64,000 bases of DNA from an uncultured cyanobacterium (GTDB lineage Bacteria; Cyanobacteriota; Cyanobacteriia; Cyanobacteriales; CAWUOF01), in the NCBI GenBank assembly GCA_963744145.1, contig CAVUSO010000001.1, forward strand, positions 2,144,001-2,208,000. The letters run 5' to 3'. The notes beneath the pieces are model-generated. The model was not told the origin of the DNA, ran no database searches, and worked only from the letters and a program-made list of their open reading frames with translations. Each line of letters opens with the position of its first letter. Within the stretch, counting starts at the first letter, position 1. Positions 11,432-20,865 of this stretch are shown here, piece by piece. The position numbers and the translations under genes are program-made.

Positions 11432-11611
11432 TTCAAAAAATATCGACAGCACAGTAAAACTGGAGCAAGATTTTTAAGTAATTATGACAATCTAACTCTC
11501 GCCTTAACTTTGTTAGACTTAAGTATAGCATGGATAACTGGCATGAAATTTTTCAAAATTATGCCAGATCATTCAGCATGGCAAAAAATATCTAACTCAA
11601 TCTACTTTTAA
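11432..11611 (+). pseudogene. Decayed Rcp1-like receiver remnant
   Basis: The frame reads ARFLSNYDNLTLALTLLDLSIAWITGMKFFKIMPDHSAWQKI, matching the receiver pattern ..FL....P.LILLDL.MP.M.G.EF......W..I; no upstream start codon and an early stop. Confidence 0.6.
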
Positions 11612-11613
11612 TT

Positions 11614-14600
11614 ATGACTTATTATCCTCCTGGATCTGATTTATCTGTAATCAAAGACTCTAGTTCCTCTTTGATAAATATTTTGCTAGTCGAAGATAAT
11701 ATAATTGATCGAATGGCTTTTTCTCGGAGTGTGAAACAAGCAAAATTACCTTATAACTATACAATTGCTACTTGTCTCAAAGAAGCTATTACTATTCTGA
11801 ATAGTCAAGGATTTGAGATCATTATTCTCGATTATAACTTAGGTGATGGTTATGCTAACGAGCTATTTCCCATTCTGAAAGCCCGCAATTGTCCATTTAT
11901 TATTTCAACCGGTAGTGGAGATGAAGAAATAGCTGCTAAGTTAATGGGTGAAGGAGCTTATGATTATCTGATTAAAGACCCGGATTGTAACTATCTAAAA
12001 GTTTTACCAGTTACGGTAAATAAAGCGATCGCTCGTCATCAATCTGAGGAGCAGTTAAGATTACTCAGTTACGCCATCCAGAGTATTAAAGATAGCATAT
12101 ATATTGCTAATCATGAAGGGAAATTACTGTTTATTAATGATGCGCTGAAACAGCTTTGTCAGGTTGAGCAGAAAGATGTAGTTGGTGAAAATATCAAGAT
12201 TTTAGAACAACCCGAGCTGACTGAATATTTTTTAGATGATTCCCATTCAGGAGTAAACTATACCCTAAATACAGAAATATCGATTTATGACAAGAATCAT
12301 ACAAAAATTCCGATGTTACTCTCAGAATCACATATTCAGGATAGTGATCAAAAAATGAGAGTAGGCTTGATGCGTGATATCACAACACTGAAAAATGTAG
12401 AATTATCATTACGTCACGCTCAAGAAAATTTAGAAAAAAAAGTGGAGGAACGTACCGCTCAGTTACAGATAGCGATCGCGTCCTTACAGCAAGAAAATCA
12501 AGAACGTTTACAAGTAGAAGCATCCTTACGATCTAGTCGTGATCTGATTCAGAAACAACAATTATTTTTGAAATCAGTAATTGATAGTAATCCCAATTTG
12601 ATTTTTGTGATTGACGGGGATGGCAACTATTTACTTGCTAATCAGGCCATGGCCACATTTTATCAGACAACGGTGGCAGAAATGTTAGGAAAAAATTGTC
12701 AAAATTTTTCCTCTAATTCCCTCGAAGCAGCTGGTGTAATTGCTGAGAATCGTCAAATTATTACGACTGGACAAGAATTATTTAAGCCAGAAAAAAAAGT
12801 CGAGTTACCCGAGGGAGCGCAGTGGTTTCAGATCTACAAACGTCCGATTAAGTTACCAGAGCAGGATACTCTAGGAGTTGTGGGTGTAGCAGTGAATATT
12901 ACCGATCGCAAAATAGCAGAATTACAACGCCAAATGGCCAATGATGCACTGTATCTTTTGAATCAGGACTTGGAAAAAAGAGTAGAACAGCGCACCCTGG
13001 AACTGCAAGCAAGAGAAGCACAACTGTGGGATCTATTTGATAATGCCACTGATCTGATCCAAAGTATTACTCCTGATGGTCAAATTTTGTTGGTGAATCG
13101 AGCTTGGAAAGAAACCCTAGGATATCATGATCAGGATCTGGAACAGTTGTCGATTTTCCAGATTATCCATCCCGATGAATATATCCACTGTCAGACCGCA
13201 ATGGAAAGTTTATTTGCGGGTCATCCCTGTATGAGAATCGAAACCAAATTCCTCACTAAAGATGGAAGAGAAATTCTCGTAGAAGGAAACGTTAATTGTC
13301 AGTTTAAAGGAGGAAAACCGATCGCTACTAGAGGGATTTTTCGGGATATTACCCAACGCAAACAAGCTGATAATGACCTCCGGGAATCACAACAATTTTT
13401 GCAAACCTTACTTGATACACTTCCTCTCTATGTATTTTGGAAAAATCGTGAATTAGTTTATTTAGGTTGTAACCACAATTTTGCCGCAGCAGTAAAAATA
13501 GCTTCTTCTACAGAAATTATCGGTAAAACAGACTATGATTTACCTTGGGGAACATCTGAAGCTGAATTGTACCGGATTGACGATCGCCAAGTGATTGATA
13601 GTGGGAGAGCGAAACTGAATATTATCGAAACTCAACATCTAGCCGATGGTAAGATAGTTTGGGTAGAAACAAATAAAGTACCTCTGTGTAATGTGAAGGG
13701 TGAAGTGATTGGCATTTTAGGAACCTATCAAAATATTACTAATCGCAAAGAAGCAGAAATTAAATTACATCAACAAGCTGAAAGGGAACGCTTACTCAGA
13801 GAAATTACTCAACGCATTCGTCAATCTTTAGATATCCAAACTATTTTTGATACAGCCTGTCAAGAAATTCGTCAAGTGATTGGCTCTGATCGGGTGTGCA
13901 TTTTCAAATTTGACCCAATATCAAAGTGTGAGGATGGGGAATTTGTCGCCGAATCAGTCCCAGATAAATTGTTCTCTGTTGTCGGAATTAAAGTCCATGA
14001 CTACTGTTTTGGAGAAAAATATGCTAGCCTTTATTCTCAAGGCAATTTTTACGCGATTGATGATATCTATCACCATGGACTGACCAATTGCCATAGTAAA
14101 ATTCTGGAGCAATTTCAAATAGTAGCTAATCTGGTTATGCCCTTGCTTTGTGGTGAACAGTTATGGGGATTACTATGTGTTCATCAATGTAGCAAAAGTT
14201 ACCACTGGCAAGAGTCGGAAATTGACTTGACTCGACAACTTGCTAACCAATTGGCGATCGCCATTCAGCAGGTCAGTCTCTACGACCAAATCCAGTCAGA
14301 ACTATTAGTCAGACAGGAAGCAGAAAAAGAAATTGCCCTCCAACTCCGACGACAAAAAGCGGTTGGAGCGATCATCCAAAGGATTCGTGAATCACTAGAT
14401 CTACAAGAGATTCTAGCGACAGTGACTCAGGAAGTTAAAGATGTAATGCAATGCGATCGGGTAATCGTATTCAGACTGTTTACCGATGGGAGTAGTCAAA
14501 TCGTTGAAGAAGCTATATCTGATGATTTTCCCAGACTGAAGCATTGTCACTGGGAAAATGAAGTATGGTCTCAAGATATTCTAGATTGTTACTGGCAAGG

Positions 14601-16158
14601 AAAACCACGGATTGTGCCAGATGTGATGACAGATATCTGGACGAATTGCTTAGTGCAATACTGTATTGAAGGTCAAATCCAGTCCAAAATTGTCGCCCCG
14701 ATTCTGCAAGAAGTACATAGTAGCGAAAATCATCGCTGGATGATTCCTGGAGAAACCAATAAACTGTGGGGAGTGTTAGTTGTCCATGCTTGTCGAGAAA
14801 AACGAATTTGGCAAGAGTCGGAAGCTGAATTGCTCCAACAAATTGCCAATCAATTAGCGATCGCCATTCAGCAAGCTGGGTTATTTAAGCAATTACAACA
14901 AGAATTAGCAGAACGACAATTAGCCCAGCAACAACTGACGGAACGGAATCAAGAACTAGCCATCTCTAATCAACAACTCGCTCGTGCTACTCATCTTAAG
15001 GATGAATTCCTTGCTAATATGAGTCATGAACTACGAACTCCGCTCAATGCAATTCTTGGTTTAGCTGAGGGACTACAAGAACAAGTCTTTGGTCAGATCA
15101 ACCAGGAACAAGTCAAAGCTTTACAAACAATTGAGCGGAGTGGTTCCCATTTGTTGGAACTAATTAATGATATTTTGGATGTCGCCAAAATTGAATCCGG
15201 TCAAATTAAACTAGAATTTACTCCTACTCAGGTAGCTCCACTTTGTCAATCCAGTTTGACATTTATTAAACAACAAGCTCTAAAAAAAAGGATCAATCTT
15301 GAGATGAAAGTACCCCAGGATCTACCTGATTTGCTCGTGGATGAGCTCCGGATTCGTCAAGTTTTGATCAATCTGCTCAATAATGCTGTCAAATTTACTC
15401 CTACTCAAGGACTTATTACCCTAGAGGTCACACAGCTAGAATGTCCGATTGACCCAGAAGTTGACCATTCCCCCAGTCAAAATTTTCTCCGGATCTCTAT
15501 TAGTGATACAGGAATTGGGATTGCTTCGGAAAATATCAGTAAATTATTTCAGCCATTTATGCAAATTGATAGTGCCCTCAATCGTCAATATTCGGGGACA
15601 GGTTTAGGACTTACCCTGGTAAAACGCATTGTCGAACTCCACGGTGGTCAAGTGGGGTTAGTCAGTGAGGTGAGTGTAGGAAGTTGTTTTATGATTGATT
15701 TACCAGTTGTCACTGATTTATTTTTTCGGGAAATAGAAAATAACCAAGAACCTCGGAGCCAATTTAGTCAGGTAAAATTGGATAATTCTGGTTTAATTTT
15801 ATTGGTAGAAGACAATGAAGCTAATATTACTACAATTTCTAGTTATTTGCAGATGAAAAAATATCAAATACTGGTAGCAAAAAATGCCCTAGATGCGATC
15901 GCTTTAGCTAAGTCTAAACACCCGGATTTGATTCTGATGGATATTTCCCTGCCCGGGATGGATGGGCTAGAAGCAATTCACCAAATTCGTCAATATTCTC
16001 ATTTAGTCAATGTGCCGATTATTGCTCTGACTGCTTTAGCGATGAAAGGCGATCGCGAGCGTTGTCTAGCTGCTGGAGCTAATGATTATCTAAGTAAACC
16101 AGTGAAATTAAAGCAACTGACAACGACGATTCAAAAATTTTTAAATTTTCCGGAGTAG
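11614..16158 (+). CDS. Multi-PAS, dual cyanobacteriochrome-GAF hybrid histidine kinase (REC-PASx4-GAF-GAF-HK-REC)
   Basis: GAF1 has DYCF (13999-14010) and CH (14089-14094); GAF2 has WENEVW (14551-14568) and CL (14647-14652); H-box MSHELRTPL; receivers at both ends. Confidence 0.92.
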   Translation: MTYYPPGSDLSVIKDSSSSLINILLVEDNIIDRMAFSRSVKQAKLPYNYTIATCLKEAITILNSQGFEIIILDYNLGDGYANELFPILKARNCPFIISTGSGDEEIAAKLMGEGAYDYLIKDPDCNYLKVLPVTVNKAIARHQSEEQLRLLSYAIQSIKDSIYIANHEGKLLFINDALKQLCQVEQKDVVGENIKILEQPELTEYFLDDSHSGVNYTLNTEISIYDKNHTKIPMLLSESHIQDSDQKMRVGLMRDITTLKNVELSLRHAQENLEKKVEERTAQLQIAIASLQQENQERLQVEASLRSSRDLIQKQQLFLKSVIDSNPNLIFVIDGDGNYLLANQAMATFYQTTVAEMLGKNCQNFSSNSLEAAGVIAENRQIITTGQELFKPEKKVELPEGAQWFQIYKRPIKLPEQDTLGVVGVAVNITDRKIAELQRQMANDALYLLNQDLEKRVEQRTLELQAREAQLWDLFDNATDLIQSITPDGQILLVNRAWKETLGYHDQDLEQLSIFQIIHPDEYIHCQTAMESLFAGHPCMRIETKFLTKDGREILVEGNVNCQFKGGKPIATRGIFRDITQRKQADNDLRESQQFLQTLLDTLPLYVFWKNRELVYLGCNHNFAAAVKIASSTEIIGKTDYDLPWGTSEAELYRIDDRQVIDSGRAKLNIIETQHLADGKIVWVETNKVPLCNVKGEVIGILGTYQNITNRKEAEIKLHQQAERERLLREITQRIRQSLDIQTIFDTACQEIRQVIGSDRVCIFKFDPISKCEDGEFVAESVPDKLFSVVGIKVHDYCFGEKYASLYSQGNFYAIDDIYHHGLTNCHSKILEQFQIVANLVMPLLCGEQLWGLLCVHQCSKSYHWQESEIDLTRQLANQLAIAIQQVSLYDQIQSELLVRQEAEKEIALQLRRQKAVGAIIQRIRESLDLQEILATVTQEVKDVMQCDRVIVFRLFTDGSSQIVEEAISDDFPRLKHCHWENEVWSQDILDCYWQGKPRIVPDVMTDIWTNCLVQYCIEGQIQSKIVAPILQEVHSSENHRWMIPGETNKLWGVLVVHACREKRIWQESEAELLQQIANQLAIAIQQAGLFKQLQQELAERQLAQQQLTERNQELAISNQQLARATHLKDEFLANMSHELRTPLNAILGLAEGLQEQVFGQINQEQVKALQTIERSGSHLLELINDILDVAKIESGQIKLEFTPTQVAPLCQSSLTFIKQQALKKRINLEMKVPQDLPDLLVDELRIRQVLINLLNNAVKFTPTQGLITLEVTQLECPIDPEVDHSPSQNFLRISISDTGIGIASENISKLFQPFMQIDSALNRQYSGTGLGLTLVKRIVELHGGQVGLVSEVSVGSCFMIDLPVVTDLFFREIENNQEPRSQFSQVKLDNSGLILLVEDNEANITTISSYLQMKKYQILVAKNALDAIALAKSKHPDLILMDISLPGMDGLEAIHQIRQYSHLVNVPIIALTALAMKGDRERCLAAGANDYLSKPVKLKQLTTTIQKFLNFPE

Positions 16159-16163
16159 AAATA

Positions 16164-17294
16164 ATGGATAGTCCTACTATTTTAGTGATTGACGATGAAC
16201 CAGATAATTTTGATGTGATTGAAACTTTGTTGATTAACCAAGATTATCAGTTACATTATGCGGCTAATGGTCAAGAGGCGATCGCCAATTTAAATATCAT
16301 TAATCCGGATCTAATTTTGCTGGATGTCATGATGCCGGATAGTGATGGAATTGAAGTTTGTCGGCAAATTAAAACTAACTCCCAATGGCAAACTGTGCCG
16401 ATTATTATCGTGACAGCATTAACTTCAAAATCAGCTTTAGCTGATTGTCTCACAGCCGGAGCTGATGATTTTATTAGTAAACCTGTGAATGGCACTGAAT
16501 TGCGAGCTCGGGTGCATTCCATGCTCAGGCTTAAACAACAGTATGATCAAGTTCAAGCCATGTCTCACCTCCAACAAAATACTATTAATATCTTAGAAAA
16601 GACTCTCACTGAACTGCGTGGTAATTTAGCTTCTAGTCTACCCCACGAACTCAATACACCTCTCAATGGTATTGTTGGTACGATCAAGTTACTCAAGGAA
16701 GATCTAGAAGAACTGGATATTTCTGAAATCCGTGAAATGCTAGACTGGGTTGATCGTTCGGCTGAACGCTTAGAAAACTTAACCAAAAAATTCCTAATTT
16801 ATTTAGAACTAGAACTATTTGCCAGTCAACCAGCCAAAATCCCATCATTCCGAACTCCCTGCTCAATTTCGCTAATTGTAGCTAAGTTAATCACCCATGC
16901 TCAGATGCTCAATCGCCAAGAAGACCTATTATTTACAGTTCCAGAAGTTGATCTGGCTCTATCTGAGCGCTATCTGTCGGTTCTCTTGCATGAATTAGTT
17001 GATAATGCCCTAAAATTTTCCTTACCGGGAACAATTGTTCAAGTGAATGGTCAAATCCTTGGGAAAATGCTAAATTTATCTATCTATGACTCAGGACGGG
17101 GCATAAAGGATGAACAAATTACTAAAATTGGTGCATTTATGCAGTTTGAACGTCAGGAATATGAGCAACAAGGAATCGGTCTGGGCTTAAAGATGGTCAA
17201 GCAAATCATCGAACTAGCAGGGGGAACGTTGACTATTACCAGTGTATATCAACAGTCAACCACGATCCACCTTACTTTACCGATTGTTCATTAG
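16164..17294 (+). CDS. REC-histidine kinase
   Basis: Receiver very similar to that of 94..1839; H-box PHELNTPL; DSGRGI and GIGLGL. Confidence 0.9.
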   Translation: MDSPTILVIDDEPDNFDVIETLLINQDYQLHYAANGQEAIANLNIINPDLILLDVMMPDSDGIEVCRQIKTNSQWQTVPIIIVTALTSKSALADCLTAGADDFISKPVNGTELRARVHSMLRLKQQYDQVQAMSHLQQNTINILEKTLTELRGNLASSLPHELNTPLNGIVGTIKLLKEDLEELDISEIREMLDWVDRSAERLENLTKKFLIYLELELFASQPAKIPSFRTPCSISLIVAKLITHAQMLNRQEDLLFTVPEVDLALSERYLSVLLHELVDNALKFSLPGTIVQVNGQILGKMLNLSIYDSGRGIKDEQITKIGAFMQFERQEYEQQGIGLGLKMVKQIIELAGGTLTITSVYQQSTTIHLTLPIVH

Positions 17295-17344
17295 GTATTT
17301 TTATATTATTATTGAAACTCAGAAAATCCTCAAGATAATCACAA

Positions 17345-18433
17345 ATGTGTTCTATTCTGGTTGTAGACGATGAATACAATAATTTTTATGTGATTGAGAC
17401 GCTTTTAAAGAACCAAAGCTATCAATTACATTATGCAGCTAGTGGTCAAGAGGCGATCGCTATGCTCGAATTATGTAATCCTGATTTAATTCTCCTGGAT
17501 GTGATGATGCCCGGAATAGATGGGATTGAGATTTGTCGTCAAATTAAATCACTTTCTAAATGGCAAATTATCCCCATTATTATGATTACCTCATTAAATT
17601 CAAAATCAGATCTAGCTTATTGTCTGAATGCGGGAGCAGATGACTTTATCAGTAAACCAGTTAATGGAATTGAGCTAAGAGCAAGAATTCACTCGATGCT
17701 CAGAATTAAGCATCAGTATGACGATTTGCAATCTTTATTGAAATTGCGAGAAGATATGGTCGATATGTTAGTTCATGATTTACGCAATCCTCTGAGTGCA
17801 ATTTTAGTTGGTTTGCAACTTTTAAAAACACCGAACTATCCGATCGAGAGACAAAAAAAACAACTGACTCAAATCTATTCATCAGCCCAAAATTTACAAT
17901 CATTAATTGATAATTTATTGCAAATTTCCTTACTAGAATCTGGCCAAATTCGTCTTAATTATAAAGAAGTTGATATCGGTGAGTTGATTCAGGATGCTCT
18001 GGCAAATTTTGAAGTAATCGCTGCCCAAAAGAACCAATCGCTAGGATGTGAATTACCCACAGCATCTAGTCGGAAAGTCTTTGTTGATAGGACAATGATC
18101 CATCGAACTTTAGATAATCTGATCGCTAATGCAATTAAATTTTCCCCATCTAATAGTCAAATTATGATCAAGTTAGAATTTCTGGAATCAGGAGATACTA
18201 AAATTCAGGTGATTGATTCTGGACCAGGTGTTTCTGAGGAATTGAAACGAAATATTTTTGATAAATATGAAATTGGGACTTTAATGCCCGAAATTTCCCA
18301 AATTGGGTTAGGTTTAGCTTTCTGCAAAATGGTGGTTGAAGCACATAATGGCAAAATTTCTGTGCAAAATAACTACCCAAAAGGAGCAATTTTTGAAATT
18401 ACTTTGGTAACACAGGATCAGCTATTGATTTGA
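17345..18433 (+). CDS. REC-histidine kinase
   Basis: Paralogous receiver; H-box VHDLRNPL; NAIKF, DSGPGV, GLGL. Confidence 0.9.
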   Translation: MCSILVVDDEYNNFYVIETLLKNQSYQLHYAASGQEAIAMLELCNPDLILLDVMMPGIDGIEICRQIKSLSKWQIIPIIMITSLNSKSDLAYCLNAGADDFISKPVNGIELRARIHSMLRIKHQYDDLQSLLKLREDMVDMLVHDLRNPLSAILVGLQLLKTPNYPIERQKKQLTQIYSSAQNLQSLIDNLLQISLLESGQIRLNYKEVDIGELIQDALANFEVIAAQKNQSLGCELPTASSRKVFVDRTMIHRTLDNLIANAIKFSPSNSQIMIKLEFLESGDTKIQVIDSGPGVSEELKRNIFDKYEIGTLMPEISQIGLGLAFCKMVVEAHNGKISVQNNYPKGAIFEITLVTQDQLLI

Positions 18434-18440
18434 GTGTCTA

Positions 18441-18608
18441 ATACCAATTTAATGTGAAGTTGCATAGAGCTAGATCCCCCTAAATCCCCCTTAAAAAGGG
18501 GGACTTTAAATTCATGCTCCCCCTTTTTAAGGGGGTTGGGGGGATGGCTCCCCCTTTTTAAGGGGGTTGGGGGGATCAATTCTATGCACCCTCATAAAAA
18601 ATTGGTAT
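18441..18608. repeat. MITE-like element with terminal inverted repeats and an internal CCCCCT...AAGGGGG hairpin array
   Basis: ATACCAATTT...TGCATAGA at the left and TCTATGCA...AAATTGGTAT at the right; tandem GCTCCCCCTTTTTAAGGGGGTTGGGGGGAT x2; a partial left-end copy lies near 29635-29665. Confidence 0.8.
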
Positions 18609-18663
18609 AAAATAGGAATATATAGCAAACTTAAATGAAACCTGAACAGAATTTGAGCCTATT

Positions 18664-19311
18664 TTATTTAGATAAAGCTAGTTTTAAACAATTATCTTTA
18701 TTAATAACGGCAAATTTATTTTCCCATTTAGATACAATATAAAAGTAATTCTTTGCATCCTCCAGACAATATTCGTAAATCGTGCTTAATATCTCTTGAT
18801 AATTAGCTTTTTTTTCAATTACTTTTCTGGCATTCTTATAAATATAAAATCCATTTATTTGTTTATTTACTTGAATTTCTAAATATTCACATAGACCATT
18901 TAAACCCCCACGGTAGAGATTTTTTTGAGGATGTTTAAAAAAATCAAATAAGGTGATATCTATATTAGGTTTAATAGTCATCGCTCTGGCTCTCTTGTTC
19001 AAACAATAAATATCACTACTAATTATATTATAGCCAATAAATACTTTATTTTGCAATAGACGCATATCCCTGAAGATATCATTAATTAATTTTCTTTCTT
19101 CAGATTTATTTTCTAAGAATTGGATTTTTATATATTGATTTTTACTATGTTTAAGGATACGAGTAATCGTATATCCATAGATGCGCTGTAAAGGTTTAAC
19201 ATAGGTAAAATCAGGCCAAAACTCTAAGTCAATAAAAACTAAATCATAGATTGAACCAGCATAAAAATTGTTAACCAGACTATTTTCGATGGTGAGTTCT
19301 TTTCTAAACAT
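18664..19311 (-). CDS. RNase H-like (RNase_H_2/YprB-type, DEDD) nuclease domain protein
   Basis: FIDLEF, IGYNIISSD, GGLNGLCEYLEI and EYCLEDA match the family's catalytic motif order; AT-rich. Confidence 0.7.
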   Translation of the reverse strand: MFRKELTIENSLVNNFYAGSIYDLVFIDLEFWPDFTYVKPLQRIYGYTITRILKHSKNQYIKIQFLENKSEERKLINDIFRDMRLLQNKVFIGYNIISSDIYCLNKRARAMTIKPNIDITLFDFFKHPQKNLYRGGLNGLCEYLEIQVNKQINGFYIYKNARKVIEKKANYQEILSTIYEYCLEDAKNYFYIVSKWENKFAVINKDNCLKLALSK

Positions 19312-19512
19312 GAGTAAGTCAGCATAGACATGAATGATGGGGAGACATAAATATATGATATCAGATCAACCCGTTGATCGGAAAGTGAAAAAATCAAGAG
19401 TGGGACATCTAGCTCGAAAAACTTTGACCAGAAATTGCCAAAGTATCTTTAGCCGGAAACCATTTTGACTGATAATAGGAAAAGATTTCAGCAGAGGAAA
19501 GATTCACCGAAA

Positions 19513-20829
19513 ATGAACGCGATCGCGACCAAATTGCAAAGCTTGATCAATCCAGATGGGATCTGTGCATGGGAAAATTTAGACATCCAGCAGCAACAAC
19601 GATTTCAAAGTGCGATCGCTCCTGGGTATTTTCCGGAATGTATCGTCTATCCTAGCACTTCTACTGAACTGACCCAAATTATTACTATGGCCCAAGCCCA
19701 GGGTTGGCAAGTTCTACCCTGTGGTCATGGTAGCAAAATTAATTGGGGTGGTTTAGTGACCCCAGAAACAAAAAAGTTAATCGTGGTTAGCACCCAACGC
19801 TTAAACAATTTAATTGCACACGCAGTTGGAGATTTAACTGTGACAGTAGCAGCAGGAATGAAACTAACAGAATTACAAAAAATTCTGGGTAGTGCTAATC
19901 AATTTCTAGCTCTCGATCCAACTGTTTCTGAAACAGCAACAATCGGGGGAATTGTAGCAACTGGGGATAGTGGTTCTTTACGACAACGTTATGGTGGTGT
20001 GCGCGATCAATTAATTGGATTTTCTTTTGTCAGAGCTGATGGTAAAATTGCTAAAGCAGGGGGAAGAGTAGTAAAAAATGTAGCTGGTTATGACTTAATG
20101 AAATTATTCATTGGTTCCTATGGAACTTTAGGAATTTTATCCGAATTAACCTTTCGAGTATATCCCCTACCGAGTGCATCTCAGACAGTAGTTTTAACAC
20201 AGAAAAGCGACGCGATCGCCCAAATGACTAAAACCTTACTAGCATCAACCTTAACACCGACTGTCATTGATTTATTATCACCACAATTAGGAAGTAATTT
20301 AGGGTTTGGTCTAGGAATATCCTTAGTGATTCGGTGTCAAGGTATAGCTGAAAGTGTACAAGAACAAGCAAATAGAGTAGTAGAAATTGGCAAAAAACTA
20401 GGATTATCAGTTCAGACCTTGAGCAATACAGATGAAACTAACCTCTGGCAAAAATTATCGGCAGAAATTGATTCCAGGGATGGGATAATTCTTAGTAAAA
20501 TTGGTATTATGCCTGTAAAAGCAGTAGATATTTTGAACCAAGTAGATACTCTTTTTCCCCAGGGAGGAATAGGTTTAATTCATGCAAATAGTGGGTTAGG
20601 AAAATTGCGATTAGCAAGTGAGCAGGGGAGAGAAGGTTTAGCTAAACTGCGATCGTACTGTGAAAGTAATGGTGGATTTCTGACAATTTTAACAGCACCC
20701 TTAGCGATTAAGCAAGAACTTGATGTTTGGGGATATTATGGTAATGCACTAGATATTATGCGTCAAATCAAGTACCAATTTGATCCAGAATCTATCTTCA
20801 GTCCCCATCGTTTCGTCGGTGGAATTTAA
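19513..20829 (+). CDS. glcE: Glycolate oxidase FAD-binding subunit
   Basis: ATIGGIVAT, RYGGVRDQLIG, AGGRVVKNVAGYDLMKLF; directly upstream of glcF; ATG at 19513 preferred over TTG at 19465. Confidence 0.88.
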   Translation: MNAIATKLQSLINPDGICAWENLDIQQQQRFQSAIAPGYFPECIVYPSTSTELTQIITMAQAQGWQVLPCGHGSKINWGGLVTPETKKLIVVSTQRLNNLIAHAVGDLTVTVAAGMKLTELQKILGSANQFLALDPTVSETATIGGIVATGDSGSLRQRYGGVRDQLIGFSFVRADGKIAKAGGRVVKNVAGYDLMKLFIGSYGTLGILSELTFRVYPLPSASQTVVLTQKSDAIAQMTKTLLASTLTPTVIDLLSPQLGSNLGFGLGISLVIRCQGIAESVQEQANRVVEIGKKLGLSVQTLSNTDETNLWQKLSAEIDSRDGIILSKIGIMPVKAVDILNQVDTLFPQGGIGLIHANSGLGKLRLASEQGREGLAKLRSYCESNGGFLTILTAPLAIKQELDVWGYYGNALDIMRQIKYQFDPESIFSPHRFVGGI

Positions 20830-20865
20830 CTAAATATCCGGTTTCAGACCAACTCCAAGAAAAAT

